NCBI GenBank assembly: GCA_049322355.1
Contig: JBMORG010000027.1
Span: 139,808 to 203,807 of the forward strand
Length of the DNA: 64,000 nt
From: Thermodesulfobacteriota bacterium
Lineage (GTDB): Bacteria > Desulfobacterota > Desulfobaccia > Desulfobaccales > 0-14-0-80-60-11
Direction of reading: 5' to 3'
The position numbers were made by a program, and so were the translations under genes. Shown piece by piece: positions 1 through 8,309 of this stretch. The notes below the pieces were generated by a model. That model saw only the letters and a list, made by a program, of their open reading frames with translations, was not told the origin of the DNA and searched no databases. Positions within the stretch are counted from its first letter, which is position 1, and each line of letters starts with the position of its first letter.

Positions 1-343
1 GCAGACTTTTAGGCGGCAACGGGCCTGGCGCCCGCCGGTTCTCCTGACCCAGGCCAAGGATGAGGAAGGTATCGAGGAGTTGATGGCGGCCCTAGAGGAT
101 CACCAGGAATACTTGGTCCAAGACGGCGGCGCTGCGCTGCAGGAGGCCCATGCCTCCCGGGCCCGCCAGGAGTTTCTGGAACTCCTGAAAGAGGGGATTT
201 ACCGGCACCTGGTCAAACAACTGGAGGCGGACGGCCGCCTGGACCATATTCTTAATGACATGCTCACGAAACAGACCGATCCCTACTCCGCCAGCGAGGC
301 CGTGATACTTCAGACCCTGGGACCGTTAAACACCCAGGCATAA
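1..343 (+). CDS. meaB: MeaB/ArgK-type G3E GTPase (methylmalonyl-CoA mutase accessory protein), C-terminal fragment; 5' end outside window
   Basis: Frame 2 is open from the window edge. Translation ...WRPPVLLTQAKDEEGIEELMAALEDHQEYL... resembles the C-terminal region of MeaB/ArgK. TAA stop at 341-343. Confidence 0.7.
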   Translation, partial: QTFRRQRAWRPPVLLTQAKDEEGIEELMAALEDHQEYLVQDGGAALQEAHASRARQEFLELLKEGIYRHLVKQLEADGRLDHILNDMLTKQTDPYSASEAVILQTLGPLNTQA

Positions 344-373
344 ATAATGTGTCCTGGATAAGGAGAGCAACCG

Positions 374-1135
374 GTGAACATACTACTGACCAACGACGAC
401 GGTATTTACGCCCCGGGGCTGGCCGCCCTCTACCGGGAACTTCAGCGCCTGGGGGAAGTGACGGTGGTGGCCCCGGAGGGCGAACAGAGCGCGGTGGGGC
501 ACTCCATCAGCCTGATTACACCGTTGCGGGTGAAGGAGGTGTCCATCAACGGCGGGGTCGAAGGTTGGGCGGTGAGCGGCACCCCCGCCGATTGCGTCAA
601 GATCGCCCTGGCGGAGCTGCTCCCCGCCTACCCGGAACTGGTGGTGTCAGGCATTAATTTAGGCCCCAACGTGGGCATCAATGTGCTTTATTCCGGGACC
701 GTGTCCGCAGCTACCGAAGCCTCTATCCTGGGGGTGCGCGGGGTCGCCTTTTCCTTGAACTCCTACGACAAAAACTCCGACTTTGCCACCGCCGCCCGCC
801 TGGCCCGGGACCTGCTGACGCAGGTCAAGGGATGGTCCCGCTGGACCAACGGCGTCTGTCTCAACGTCAATCTGCCGGCCCTGCCAATGGACCAAGTCAA
901 AGGTATTAAGGTCACCCGTCAGGATACCGGCCCCCTGGTGGAGCATTTTGAACGCCGGGTGGACCCCCGGAAGCACGTCTATTATTGGCTGGCGGAAATC
1001 CACGAACGCCAGGAGCCGGATTTGGACACGGACTACGGGGCCTTGTCCCAAGGCTATATTACCGTAACTCCCATCCATCACGACCTCACCGATTACTCCA
1101 GTCTGAGTGATCTGCAGACTTTGAAGTGGGAATAA
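374..1135 (+). CDS. surE: 5'/3'-nucleotidase SurE
   Basis: 253 aa. GTG start 6 nt after AGGAGAG. N-terminus MNILLTNDDGIYAPGL is the SurE signature, and the protein is full-length and colinear. Confidence 0.95.
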   Translation: MNILLTNDDGIYAPGLAALYRELQRLGEVTVVAPEGEQSAVGHSISLITPLRVKEVSINGGVEGWAVSGTPADCVKIALAELLPAYPELVVSGINLGPNVGINVLYSGTVSAATEASILGVRGVAFSLNSYDKNSDFATAARLARDLLTQVKGWSRWTNGVCLNVNLPALPMDQVKGIKVTRQDTGPLVEHFERRVDPRKHVYYWLAEIHERQEPDLDTDYGALSQGYITVTPIHHDLTDYSSLSDLQTLKWE

Positions 1136-1249
1136 GCACCGACTTGGTTTACCGAAAATCGCCGATAAGTACGGCTTCTTGATTTATATCGAACAATGCC
1201 TATGCTTCAGATATTAGGTTAAAATTATCAGAAAGAGGCTCGACCAATA

Positions 1250-1840
1250 ATGACTCCACCGGTGACTGCCGCTGAGCCGGGAAAAGACCCCAAAAGCATC
1301 GTTTTTGATGCGCAGGATCGCTTCCTGGCCCGGGATATCGAGCGGCTCAGCCAGAGCAACCTGAGCCGCTGCTACCACTGCCGCACCTGCGGCAACGGCT
1401 GCCCGTTCGTCCGGGCCATGGACTATCCGCCCAACGCCGTCATTCGTTTGCTCCAGTTCGGATTGCGCCAGCAAGCCCTGGAATGCTCCACCATCTGGAT
1501 CTGCGTAGGCTGCCACACCTGTTCCGTCCAGTGTCCCATGGGCATCGATATTGCCGCCATTATGGCCACGTTGCGGCGTCTGGCGTTGGAAGAGGGGGTG
1601 ATGATCCCCGAGTCCAACATCCTGGATTTCCACCGGGAAGTCCTCCATTCCATCAAACGCTATGGCCGGGCGCATAAGTTGGGGATTATGTTGCGCTACA
1701 AGACCAGGGTGCGCCAGTGGTTCGCCGATATGGATGTGGGCTTGAGATTGCTGGCCAAACGTAAGATGGACCTTCGGGCCTCCCGGGTTCAGGCCATCGG
1801 CGAAATCACCCGGCTGTTCATCCCCCATTGGAAGAGATAG
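1250..1840 (+). CDS. hdrC: HdrC-like 4Fe-4S dicluster protein (heterodisulfide reductase subunit C family)
   Basis: Two ferredoxin-type Cys motifs (CYHCRTCGNGCP and CVGCHTCSVQCP). Size and helical tail are as in HdrC. Immediately followed by a CCG-domain gene. Confidence 0.8.
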   Translation: MTPPVTAAEPGKDPKSIVFDAQDRFLARDIERLSQSNLSRCYHCRTCGNGCPFVRAMDYPPNAVIRLLQFGLRQQALECSTIWICVGCHTCSVQCPMGIDIAAIMATLRRLALEEGVMIPESNILDFHREVLHSIKRYGRAHKLGIMLRYKTRVRQWFADMDVGLRLLAKRKMDLRASRVQAIGEITRLFIPHWKR

Positions 1841-1842
1841 CC

Positions 1843-2706
1843 ATGGGCGGCAAAGGCAATCGGCTCACGGACATCTCTTATTTTCCCGGTTGTTCCATGG
1901 AGAGTTCGGCCCGGGAGAGCAACATCTCCCTAATGGAAGCCGCCAAGATTCTGGGCCTCAACCTCATCGAAGTGGAGGACTGGAATTGCTGCGGCTCCTC
2001 CTCAGTCAATATCCTGGATAAGGAGATCGCCTTCTCTTTAGCGGTGCGGAACCTTGCTCTGGCTTCGCCCCACCGCCCCCTCATGGCCATGTGTCCCCGC
2101 TGCTTATATCAGCTCCGGGAGGCCCATCAGCGCTTGCGGCAAGAGCCCGAAACCCTCCGGTCCCAGGAACGCCGCTGGGGCCGGACCATTTCCCTGGACC
2201 TGGAAATTATCCACTTTCTGGAGGTACTGGTGCGCCTGGGGCCGGAGCGCCTGAAACAGGGAGTGATGCGGAATCTGGGCGGTCTGAAATTTATGCCCTA
2301 TTACGGCTGCACCGTCTTTCGACCTCCGGCATTGCGTAAGGGCACCTATTACCAGGGAGAATTGGGAAATGTCCTGACCACGCTGGGCGGCGTCGCTATC
2401 ACCAGATGCCTCACCCACCGCTGCTGCGGCAGTTTTCTCACTGCGGCCCGGGCCGACGTGGTCACCCCCCTGGTGAACGAGATTATCGAAAGCGCGGTGT
2501 TAGCGGGGGCCGAATGTATTGTCACCTCATGCGCCATGTGCCAGCTCAACCTGGAAATCCGCTGCACCTGGGAGCCTCGCCTGCCCATCTTCCACTTTTC
2601 CGAAATCCTGGCCCTGGCCCTGGGCGCCCAGGATTACGAGGGCTGGTTCACCCGGCACCTGGTGGACCCGCGGCCGCTGCTCAAAGCCAGAAACCTGATT
2701 GCTTGA
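1843..2706 (+). CDS. hdrB: HdrB-like CCG-domain protein (heterodisulfide reductase subunit B family)
   Basis: Two Cys-rich CCG motifs (DWNCCGSS; HRCCGSF plus CAMCQLN). ATG 1843 is preceded by GGAAGAG; the ORF-track start at 1828 is an alternative codon. Confidence 0.8.
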   Translation: MGGKGNRLTDISYFPGCSMESSARESNISLMEAAKILGLNLIEVEDWNCCGSSSVNILDKEIAFSLAVRNLALASPHRPLMAMCPRCLYQLREAHQRLRQEPETLRSQERRWGRTISLDLEIIHFLEVLVRLGPERLKQGVMRNLGGLKFMPYYGCTVFRPPALRKGTYYQGELGNVLTTLGGVAITRCLTHRCCGSFLTAARADVVTPLVNEIIESAVLAGAECIVTSCAMCQLNLEIRCTWEPRLPIFHFSEILALALGAQDYEGWFTRHLVDPRPLLKARNLIA

Positions 2707-2728
2707 TGTCCAAGCTTGCATTCTATTC

Positions 2729-3691
2729 TTAAGGAATCAGCACGATCTTGCCGTAGGCCTTGGCTTCCATGATTTCGTGTTGAGCCCGGGGGGCCTCGCT
2801 CAAGGACATTTTCTTGCCGATGATGGGTCTTAAGGTGCCGTTGGCCAGGCCCGCACCCAGGGCGGCGTGAATACTCAAGGTCTCCTTGTCACTGGCGTTC
2901 CAGATATACATGCCCAGGATGCTGGTCTCCTTGGCGATGGTGTCCCGGGGGTCGACGTTCACCACGCCCCGACTGCCAATAACCACCACCCGCCCGCCGT
3001 TGGCCAGGATCTTCAGATCATCTCCCAGGTTTTGGTTGGCCAGCAATTCCAGGATAATATCCACCCCGCGCTGTTCGGTGAGGTCCAATACTTGCTGATA
3101 ATGGTCGGGATCGTGGTGGTTCAGGACGTGCTGGGCGCCCTGGACCGTGGTGAGGGTGCGGCCTTCCTCCGTGCCCGCGGTGCCGATGACGGTGAGGCCG
3201 AAGGCCGCGGCCAGTTGCACCGCAGCCACACCCACGCCGCCGCTGGCCCCGTGGACCAGCACTACCTCGCCCGCCGCGGCCTTCGCCCGCTGAAACAGGG
3301 CGCGGTAGGCCGCGGAATAAGGCACGTTGATCCCGGCCCCCTGTTCAAAAGAGACCCCTTCCGGCAACGGATGGACCTGGGACTCCTGGCACAGGGTCTT
3401 TTCGGCATAGGTGCCGCTGAGGCTAAAAGAGGTATAGACCCGGTCGCCCAACTCCACCCGGCTGACCCCGGGACCCACGGCCTCCACTATGCCGGCCGCG
3501 TCGGTCCCCGGCGTGTAGGGCAAGACCGGCCCCTGGGGGTAGATGCCGGCCCGGATGTAGGTTTCCACCGGGTTAACTCCGATGGCGTAGACCCGCACCA
3601 AGACCTGGCCAGGCCCCGGCTGGGGCTCGGCAACGTCGGTAAGAAGCATGACTTCCGGTGCACCAAATTCATGGACGCGAATCGCTTTCAT
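2729..3691 (-). CDS. qor: NADPH:quinone oxidoreductase / zeta-crystallin-type MDR oxidoreductase
   Basis: MKAIRVHEFGAPEVM... N-terminus. GASGGVGVAAVQLA nucleotide-binding motif, with no structural-Zn Cys cluster. ATG 3691 is preferred over the TTG at 3703. Confidence 0.8.
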   Translation of the reverse strand: MKAIRVHEFGAPEVMLLTDVAEPQPGPGQVLVRVYAIGVNPVETYIRAGIYPQGPVLPYTPGTDAAGIVEAVGPGVSRVELGDRVYTSFSLSGTYAEKTLCQESQVHPLPEGVSFEQGAGINVPYSAAYRALFQRAKAAAGEVVLVHGASGGVGVAAVQLAAAFGLTVIGTAGTEEGRTLTTVQGAQHVLNHHDPDHYQQVLDLTEQRGVDIILELLANQNLGDDLKILANGGRVVVIGSRGVVNVDPRDTIAKETSILGMYIWNASDKETLSIHAALGAGLANGTLRPIIGKKMSLSEAPRAQHEIMEAKAYGKIVLIP

Positions 3692-3795
3692 CGCCTTCCC
3701 CAAAGATAGCCTTCAGCTTGCGGTCAGCTTTCAACAGAAAGTAATACTTTTACAAATAATAATACTCCGGTTCAGTAAAACAGTAACGAAAATTT

Positions 3796-3874
3796 TGTCA
3801 CCCTGAGCCGGAGGCGAAGGGTCTCAGTTTTATGTTTGAGATTCCTCGCCGCCTTTTGCGGCTCAGAATGACCA
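3796..3874. repeat. Palindromic element, family GTCAyyCTGAGC...GAGAyTC / ...GCTCAGAATGAC (copy a)
   Basis: Imperfect inverted repeat: gtcaccctgagccggaggcgaagggtctca / tgagattcctcgccgccttttgcggctcagaatgac. The same core occurs at 35461 and 57439. Confidence 0.8.
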
Positions 3875-3933
3875 GATTGAATCTGTAGTCTATGAAAATG
3901 TGTAATTTGTGTTCCGCTAACTGCAACTGTTGC

Positions 3934-4500
3934 TCACTGCTTAACCGCCACTGCCAGGATGCCCAGCATTTTGTGCTCCCGGCGGGCTTGGAGCGCAAAA
4001 CCCGCCTCAGTCAGGGCTAGATGCAGGTCATGGCTGTGGAAGCGGTTGTGTTCCGGGTGCCGGAAGAGGCGCCGGGTCAAAAAATTCAGGTAGAGGGGAG
4101 GATAAAACTCCTCCAGGAAGTAAATGCCGCCTGGTTTCAGCACCCGGGCCACTTCCCTAAGGCCGCCCTCCCAATCCGGCAGATGGTGCAGCACCCCGAA
4201 GCCGAAAACTGCGTCCAGGACGCTGTCGCGGTAAGGGAGGCTGAGGGCATCCCCCACGTAGAGGGAAATTTTTTCCTGGTGTCGGGACCCAATATATTTG
4301 CCGGCCATAAGAATCATTTGGTGGTCCAGGTCGAAGGCATGAAGCCGCGCGGGGTTGAACTCCTCCTGAATAAAACAGGCCCCCACCCCCCGGCCGCAGC
4401 CCATCTCCAGGATCCGGGCTCCCGGTGGAATCCGGGTTACCCTTTTGATCCACCTGATAATCAGGCGCTGGATCAGGACCCGGACGGGGTTGTTGACCAT
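3934..4500 (-). CDS. Class I SAM-dependent methyltransferase (Methyltransf_11-like), substrate unknown
   Basis: Motif I ILEMGCGRGVG, acidic loop FDLD, post-II LKPGGIYFLEEF. Confidence 0.7.
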   Translation of the reverse strand: MVNNPVRVLIQRLIIRWIKRVTRIPPGARILEMGCGRGVGACFIQEEFNPARLHAFDLDHQMILMAGKYIGSRHQEKISLYVGDALSLPYRDSVLDAVFGFGVLHHLPDWEGGLREVARVLKPGGIYFLEEFYPPLYLNFLTRRLFRHPEHNRFHSHDLHLALTEAGFALQARREHKMLGILAVAVKQ

Positions 4501-4523
4501 CAGGCGCTCGGCCCAATTAACCT

Positions 4524-5318
4524 TCAGGGCTTCACCCCCAGATAGATCACCGCGATGCCGTTGGTCAGGCGGCGGTATCGCACCTTGGTAAACCCGATGG
4601 CCTCCAGGGTCGCGCTCAATTCATCGGGTTGGGCAAACATCCGAATGGATTCAGGGAGATAGGTGTAGGCCTCCCAGGAGCCCACCATGATCTTGCCCAC
4701 CGCGGGCATGACGTAAAAGGAGTAGAGGTCGTAGAGCCAGCGGAACCAGGCGGTCTTGGGTTTGGAGAACTCCAGGCACATTAAGGTCCCACCGGGCTTC
4801 AAGACCCGGAACATCTCTTGAAACCCCTTTTCCGGGTGAGTCAGGTTGCGGATGCCGAAACCCACCATGGCCGCGTCAAAGCAGGCATCCGGACAGGCAA
4901 GGTGCTCCGCATCCCCCTGGATATAGCCGATGCAGCGGGCCCGCGGAGAATTAACCACTTTGGGCCACCCCGCCGCCATCATGGCCCAATTGATGTCATA
5001 CACGAACACCCGGCCGGTGCCGCCGATAACCCTAGCAGCCCGGATAGCCAGGTCGGCGGTGCCGCCGCACACGTCGATGACCCGGTCTCCTGGTTTGAGG
5101 TGCATCATCCGCACCGCGGCGCGCTTCCACAGGTGGTGCATACCGAAACTCAGAAGGCTGTTCAGCAAGTCGTATTTCCGGGCCACCGTGTCGAAGTGCT
5201 GGTGCACCAGCCGGCCCTTATCCGCCGCACTCACCCGGCGATAGCCGAAACAGGCGGTTTGGTTATGGTGGTCCGTAAGTGAGTTTATTTCGCGATCAGA
5301 CGACATGACAATCCTCAT
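4524..5318 (-). CDS. ubiE: Demethylmenaquinone/ubiquinone C-methyltransferase UbiE/MenG
   Basis: YDLLNSLLSFGMHHLWKR, VIDVCGGTADL and LKPGGTLMCLEFS are the UbiE/MenG family signature. Confidence 0.85.
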   Translation of the reverse strand: MRIVMSSDREINSLTDHHNQTACFGYRRVSAADKGRLVHQHFDTVARKYDLLNSLLSFGMHHLWKRAAVRMMHLKPGDRVIDVCGGTADLAIRAARVIGGTGRVFVYDINWAMMAAGWPKVVNSPRARCIGYIQGDAEHLACPDACFDAAMVGFGIRNLTHPEKGFQEMFRVLKPGGTLMCLEFSKPKTAWFRWLYDLYSFYVMPAVGKIMVGSWEAYTYLPESIRMFAQPDELSATLEAIGFTKVRYRRLTNGIAVIYLGVKP

Positions 5319-5419
5319 TCCCTCCCCCTTGATGGGGGAGGGCTAGGGTGGGGGTGATAAGATTCATTGAGACCTTTCTTATCTCCCCTCCCCCCACCCC
5401 CTCCCACCAAGGGAAGGGA
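5319..5419 (+). repeat. Bipartite G/C-homopolymer palindromic element (family 1, copy 1)
   Basis: Left arm TCCCTCCCCCTTGATGGGGGAGGGCTAGGGTGGGGGTGA, about 30 nt variable core, right arm CCCCACCCCCTCCCACCAAGGGAAGGG. It abuts the ubiE start codon, so its reverse complement supplies GGGGGAGGGA directly before the ubiE ATG. Confidence 0.85.
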
Positions 5420-5508
5420 AGATGAAAGGAGAATTTGTTGAAGATGGAGATAGGGCAAAATATTTGTGTTTACATTGTCCTATCGATTAAGCCTGCTGGT
5501 CAGCCAGC

Positions 5509-8031
5509 TCAAAGAATCGACAAACGCTCGTCGTAGATGTATTCCCGGGTATGCCTGGCCACCCGTTCCGGTTCCAGATGGATGCGGGCGGTTCCTGTGG
5601 CCATGGCGGCCCGGGCCACGGCCTCGGCCACCACCGGAGGCACCCGGAAGTCCATGGCCCCGGGCAGGATATATTCGGGATGCAATTTCTCCCCCACCAG
5701 TCCGGCAATGGCGTGGGCCGCAGCAATATTCATCTCATCATTGATGGCCCGGGCTCTGATGTCCAAGGCCCCCCGGAAGATGCCGGGAAAGGCCAGGCAG
5801 TTGTTCACCTGGTTGGCAAAATCGGAACGGCCCGTGGCCACCACCGCCGCGCCCGCCAGTTTGGCGGCTTCGGGGTGAATTTCCGGATCAGGATTGGCCA
5901 GGGCAAAGACCACCGGGTCCGGCGCCATGGACCGCACCATTTCCGGAGTGAGGACGTTGGGGCCGGACAGCCCGATAAAGATTTCCGCCCCTTTTATGGC
6001 GTCGGTTAAGGAACCTTGCAAACGGTCCGGGTTGGTAATTTCGGCCAATTCATTCTTGATAAAGTTCATGCCTTTATCCCGGCCTTTGTAAATGACCCCG
6101 GTAGTGTCGCAAACCACGATGTGGCGGGCCCCGGCCTGGATGAGAATCTTGGCCACCGCGATAGCCGAGGCTCCCGCCCCGTTGAAGACAATCTTAACCT
6201 CGGCCAATTTCCGGTCCACGATCTTCAAGGCGTTCATCAACCCCGCCAGGGCCACCACCGCGGTGCCGTGCTGGTCGTCGTGAAAGACCGGGATTTCCAG
6301 GCGCTCGCATAATCTCTGTTCGATGTCGAAGCACCTGGGGGAAGAGATGTCCTCCAGGTTTATCCCGGCAAACACCGGAGAAATATTCTCCACCACCTCC
6401 ACGATGCGGTCGGTTTCCTGGGTGCTGAGGCAGATGGGGAAGGCCTCCACGCCGCCGAAGGTTTTGAACAGGATGGCTTTGCCTTCCATCACCGGCAGGG
6501 CTGCCCTGGGGCCGATATTCCCCAACCCCAAGACCGCGCTGCCATCCGTCACGATGGCCACCAAGTTGTTTTTACAGGTATAGTCGTAGGCGCTCATGGG
6601 GTCCAGAATGATCTGGTTACAAACCTCGGCCACTGCCTGGGGGGCATAGAGCCGCCTGTAAATAACTTCATCTTTAATGGGAACCTTGGCGTTGACCTGG
6701 ATGCATCCCTGGTAACGGCGGTGAAGCTCCAACGCCTCCTCGTTGTGGCTGAGCTTGCCGTAATCCTGGCCTTCCGAGGGCAGCCAGGCCAGCTCCCCTT
6801 CATAGATATAGCTTTCGGTGCGCTCGTGAATCCGCTCCGGAGTGATGCTCTCCCGGGTAAGCTGGGCCGCCCCGGTTTCCTGGGCCGCCCTGGCCACCGC
6901 CTCGGCAATGACCGGGGAAATATGCCAGTCCATCTGCCGGGGGATAATATGGCTGGGGGATAATTTATTTTCCGGGATCATATCCGCCAGGGCCTTCGCC
7001 GCGGCCAGATACATTTCGATATTGACTTTGTGGGCCCCCACATCCAGACAGCCCCGGAAAAAGCCCGGAGTCACCAGCGAGGAACGGATTTGGTTTTCGC
7101 TGTCGGCCTGGCCGGTGGCCACCACCGCCCCGCCTCCGGCTTTGGCCTCGGCTTCGCTGATTTCCGGTATCGGCAGAGCCAGGGCAAAGACGATGGGGTC
7201 TTTGGCCATGGACGCGATCATTTCCCGGGTGACTAAGCCACCGGCGGAAAGTCCGATAAAGACATCCGCTCCCTTGATAACCTCTTCCAGGCTGCCTTTG
7301 ACATCCTGGGGACCTACCAGGCGGGCGATCTCGGATTTGGACCAATCCATGCCCACCGTGCGGTAAACGCGCAACGCGCCATGCCGGTCGCAAATCACAA
7401 TATTATTATTGCCGGCCACCAACAGCCCCTTGGCCACACCGATACCGGCGGCCCCGGCCCCGTTAATGACGATGCGCACTTCGCTCAAGGACTTGCCCAC
7501 TACTTTGAGGGCGTTATACAGGGCGGCCAGAACGATGATCCCGGACGCATGGTTTTCGTGGTGCAACACTGAAACCCGAACTGCATGCCGGATGCAATTT
7601 TCAATGGTGAAGCATTTGGGGGCGGCGATGGACTCCAGGCAAAAACCCCCGAAGGATGGAGCCAGAACCCGCACCGTTTCAATAATTTCGTAAGGATCTT
7701 GGGTCCTTAAGGCTATGGGGACGGCATCGACGTTGGCAAAGGTCTTATAGATTACCGATTTGGCTTCCAATTTAGGCAAAACCGCGGCGGCTCCGATGTT
7801 GCCGAACTCAAAGACCCGGCTGCCGTCGGAGATCAAGGCGATGGAGTTGCCCCGGCAGGTATACTGGTATGACGAGGCCGGGTTTTTTTCGATCTCTTTG
7901 CACACCGCGCCCACCCCCGGGGTGTAAACCCGGCTTAACACTGACACATCCCGGATGGGCATCTTGCTTTTGACGCCGATTAAACCCCGAAAGCGCCTAC
8001 GATAATCCAGAGCATCCGATTCTTTATCCAT
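5509..8031 (-). CDS. Tandem double malic-enzyme protein: two complete NAD(P)-malic enzyme modules in one 840-aa chain
   Basis: Module 1 (aa 7-412) and module 2 (aa 432-840) each run from ALxxxRRxxGxIxVxxKxPI to E(S/Y)IY(E/D). Module 2 carries VTDGSAVLGLGNIG, MEGKAILFK, INLEDI, FHDDQHGTA and NGAGASAIA. Confidence 0.85.
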   Translation of the reverse strand: MDKESDALDYRRRFRGLIGVKSKMPIRDVSVLSRVYTPGVGAVCKEIEKNPASSYQYTCRGNSIALISDGSRVFEFGNIGAAAVLPKLEAKSVIYKTFANVDAVPIALRTQDPYEIIETVRVLAPSFGGFCLESIAAPKCFTIENCIRHAVRVSVLHHENHASGIIVLAALYNALKVVGKSLSEVRIVINGAGAAGIGVAKGLLVAGNNNIVICDRHGALRVYRTVGMDWSKSEIARLVGPQDVKGSLEEVIKGADVFIGLSAGGLVTREMIASMAKDPIVFALALPIPEISEAEAKAGGGAVVATGQADSENQIRSSLVTPGFFRGCLDVGAHKVNIEMYLAAAKALADMIPENKLSPSHIIPRQMDWHISPVIAEAVARAAQETGAAQLTRESITPERIHERTESYIYEGELAWLPSEGQDYGKLSHNEEALELHRRYQGCIQVNAKVPIKDEVIYRRLYAPQAVAEVCNQIILDPMSAYDYTCKNNLVAIVTDGSAVLGLGNIGPRAALPVMEGKAILFKTFGGVEAFPICLSTQETDRIVEVVENISPVFAGINLEDISSPRCFDIEQRLCERLEIPVFHDDQHGTAVVALAGLMNALKIVDRKLAEVKIVFNGAGASAIAVAKILIQAGARHIVVCDTTGVIYKGRDKGMNFIKNELAEITNPDRLQGSLTDAIKGAEIFIGLSGPNVLTPEMVRSMAPDPVVFALANPDPEIHPEAAKLAGAAVVATGRSDFANQVNNCLAFPGIFRGALDIRARAINDEMNIAAAHAIAGLVGEKLHPEYILPGAMDFRVPPVVAEAVARAAMATGTARIHLEPERVARHTREYIYDERLSIL

Positions 8032-8109
8032 AGAGTCCTGCCTTCCGAGTAGATGAGCCAGCGATCCAGGCGATTATAGCGTTTGCCAAAATTTCCTTCC
8101 GATTGCTGG

Positions 8110-8207
8110 TTTTTAAATCCCCCTTAAATCCCCCTTTGTCAAAGGGGGACTTTTAAAGGAAATCCGCTAAGTTCCCCCCTTTGGAAAAGTGGGGATAGGG
8201 GGGATTT
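8110..8207 (+). repeat. About 95-bp AAATCCCCC/GGGGGATTT composite element (family 5, copy 1)
   Basis: tttttaaatcccccttaaatccccctttgtcaaagggggac...tccgctaagttcccccctttggaaaagtggggataggggggattt. It is colinear with 35575-35670, about 75% identical by eye. Confidence 0.8.
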
Positions 8208-8309
8208 GGTCCTTGGACCATGTGCCTTATAAGGAAGAAACTTTTGGCAACGAGTATATTCCTTTACATAATGGGGTCTAACCTTCGAATTGGCAAGGTC
8301 AGCCGTGCC

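Noticed and set aside
349-657. 102-aa ORF overlapping the 5' part of surE in another frame
   Set aside because: The surE frame has full-length family homology. The alternative frame is Gly/Arg/Pro-rich noise.
3798-3998. Small ORFs 3798..3998, 29948..30136, 42002..42208 and 5466..5744
   Set aside because: They are encoded largely by the repeat families (PLMGEG/WEGVGG/VILSE-type junk peptides) or overlap real genes. The repeats are palindromic and occur in non-coding spacers.
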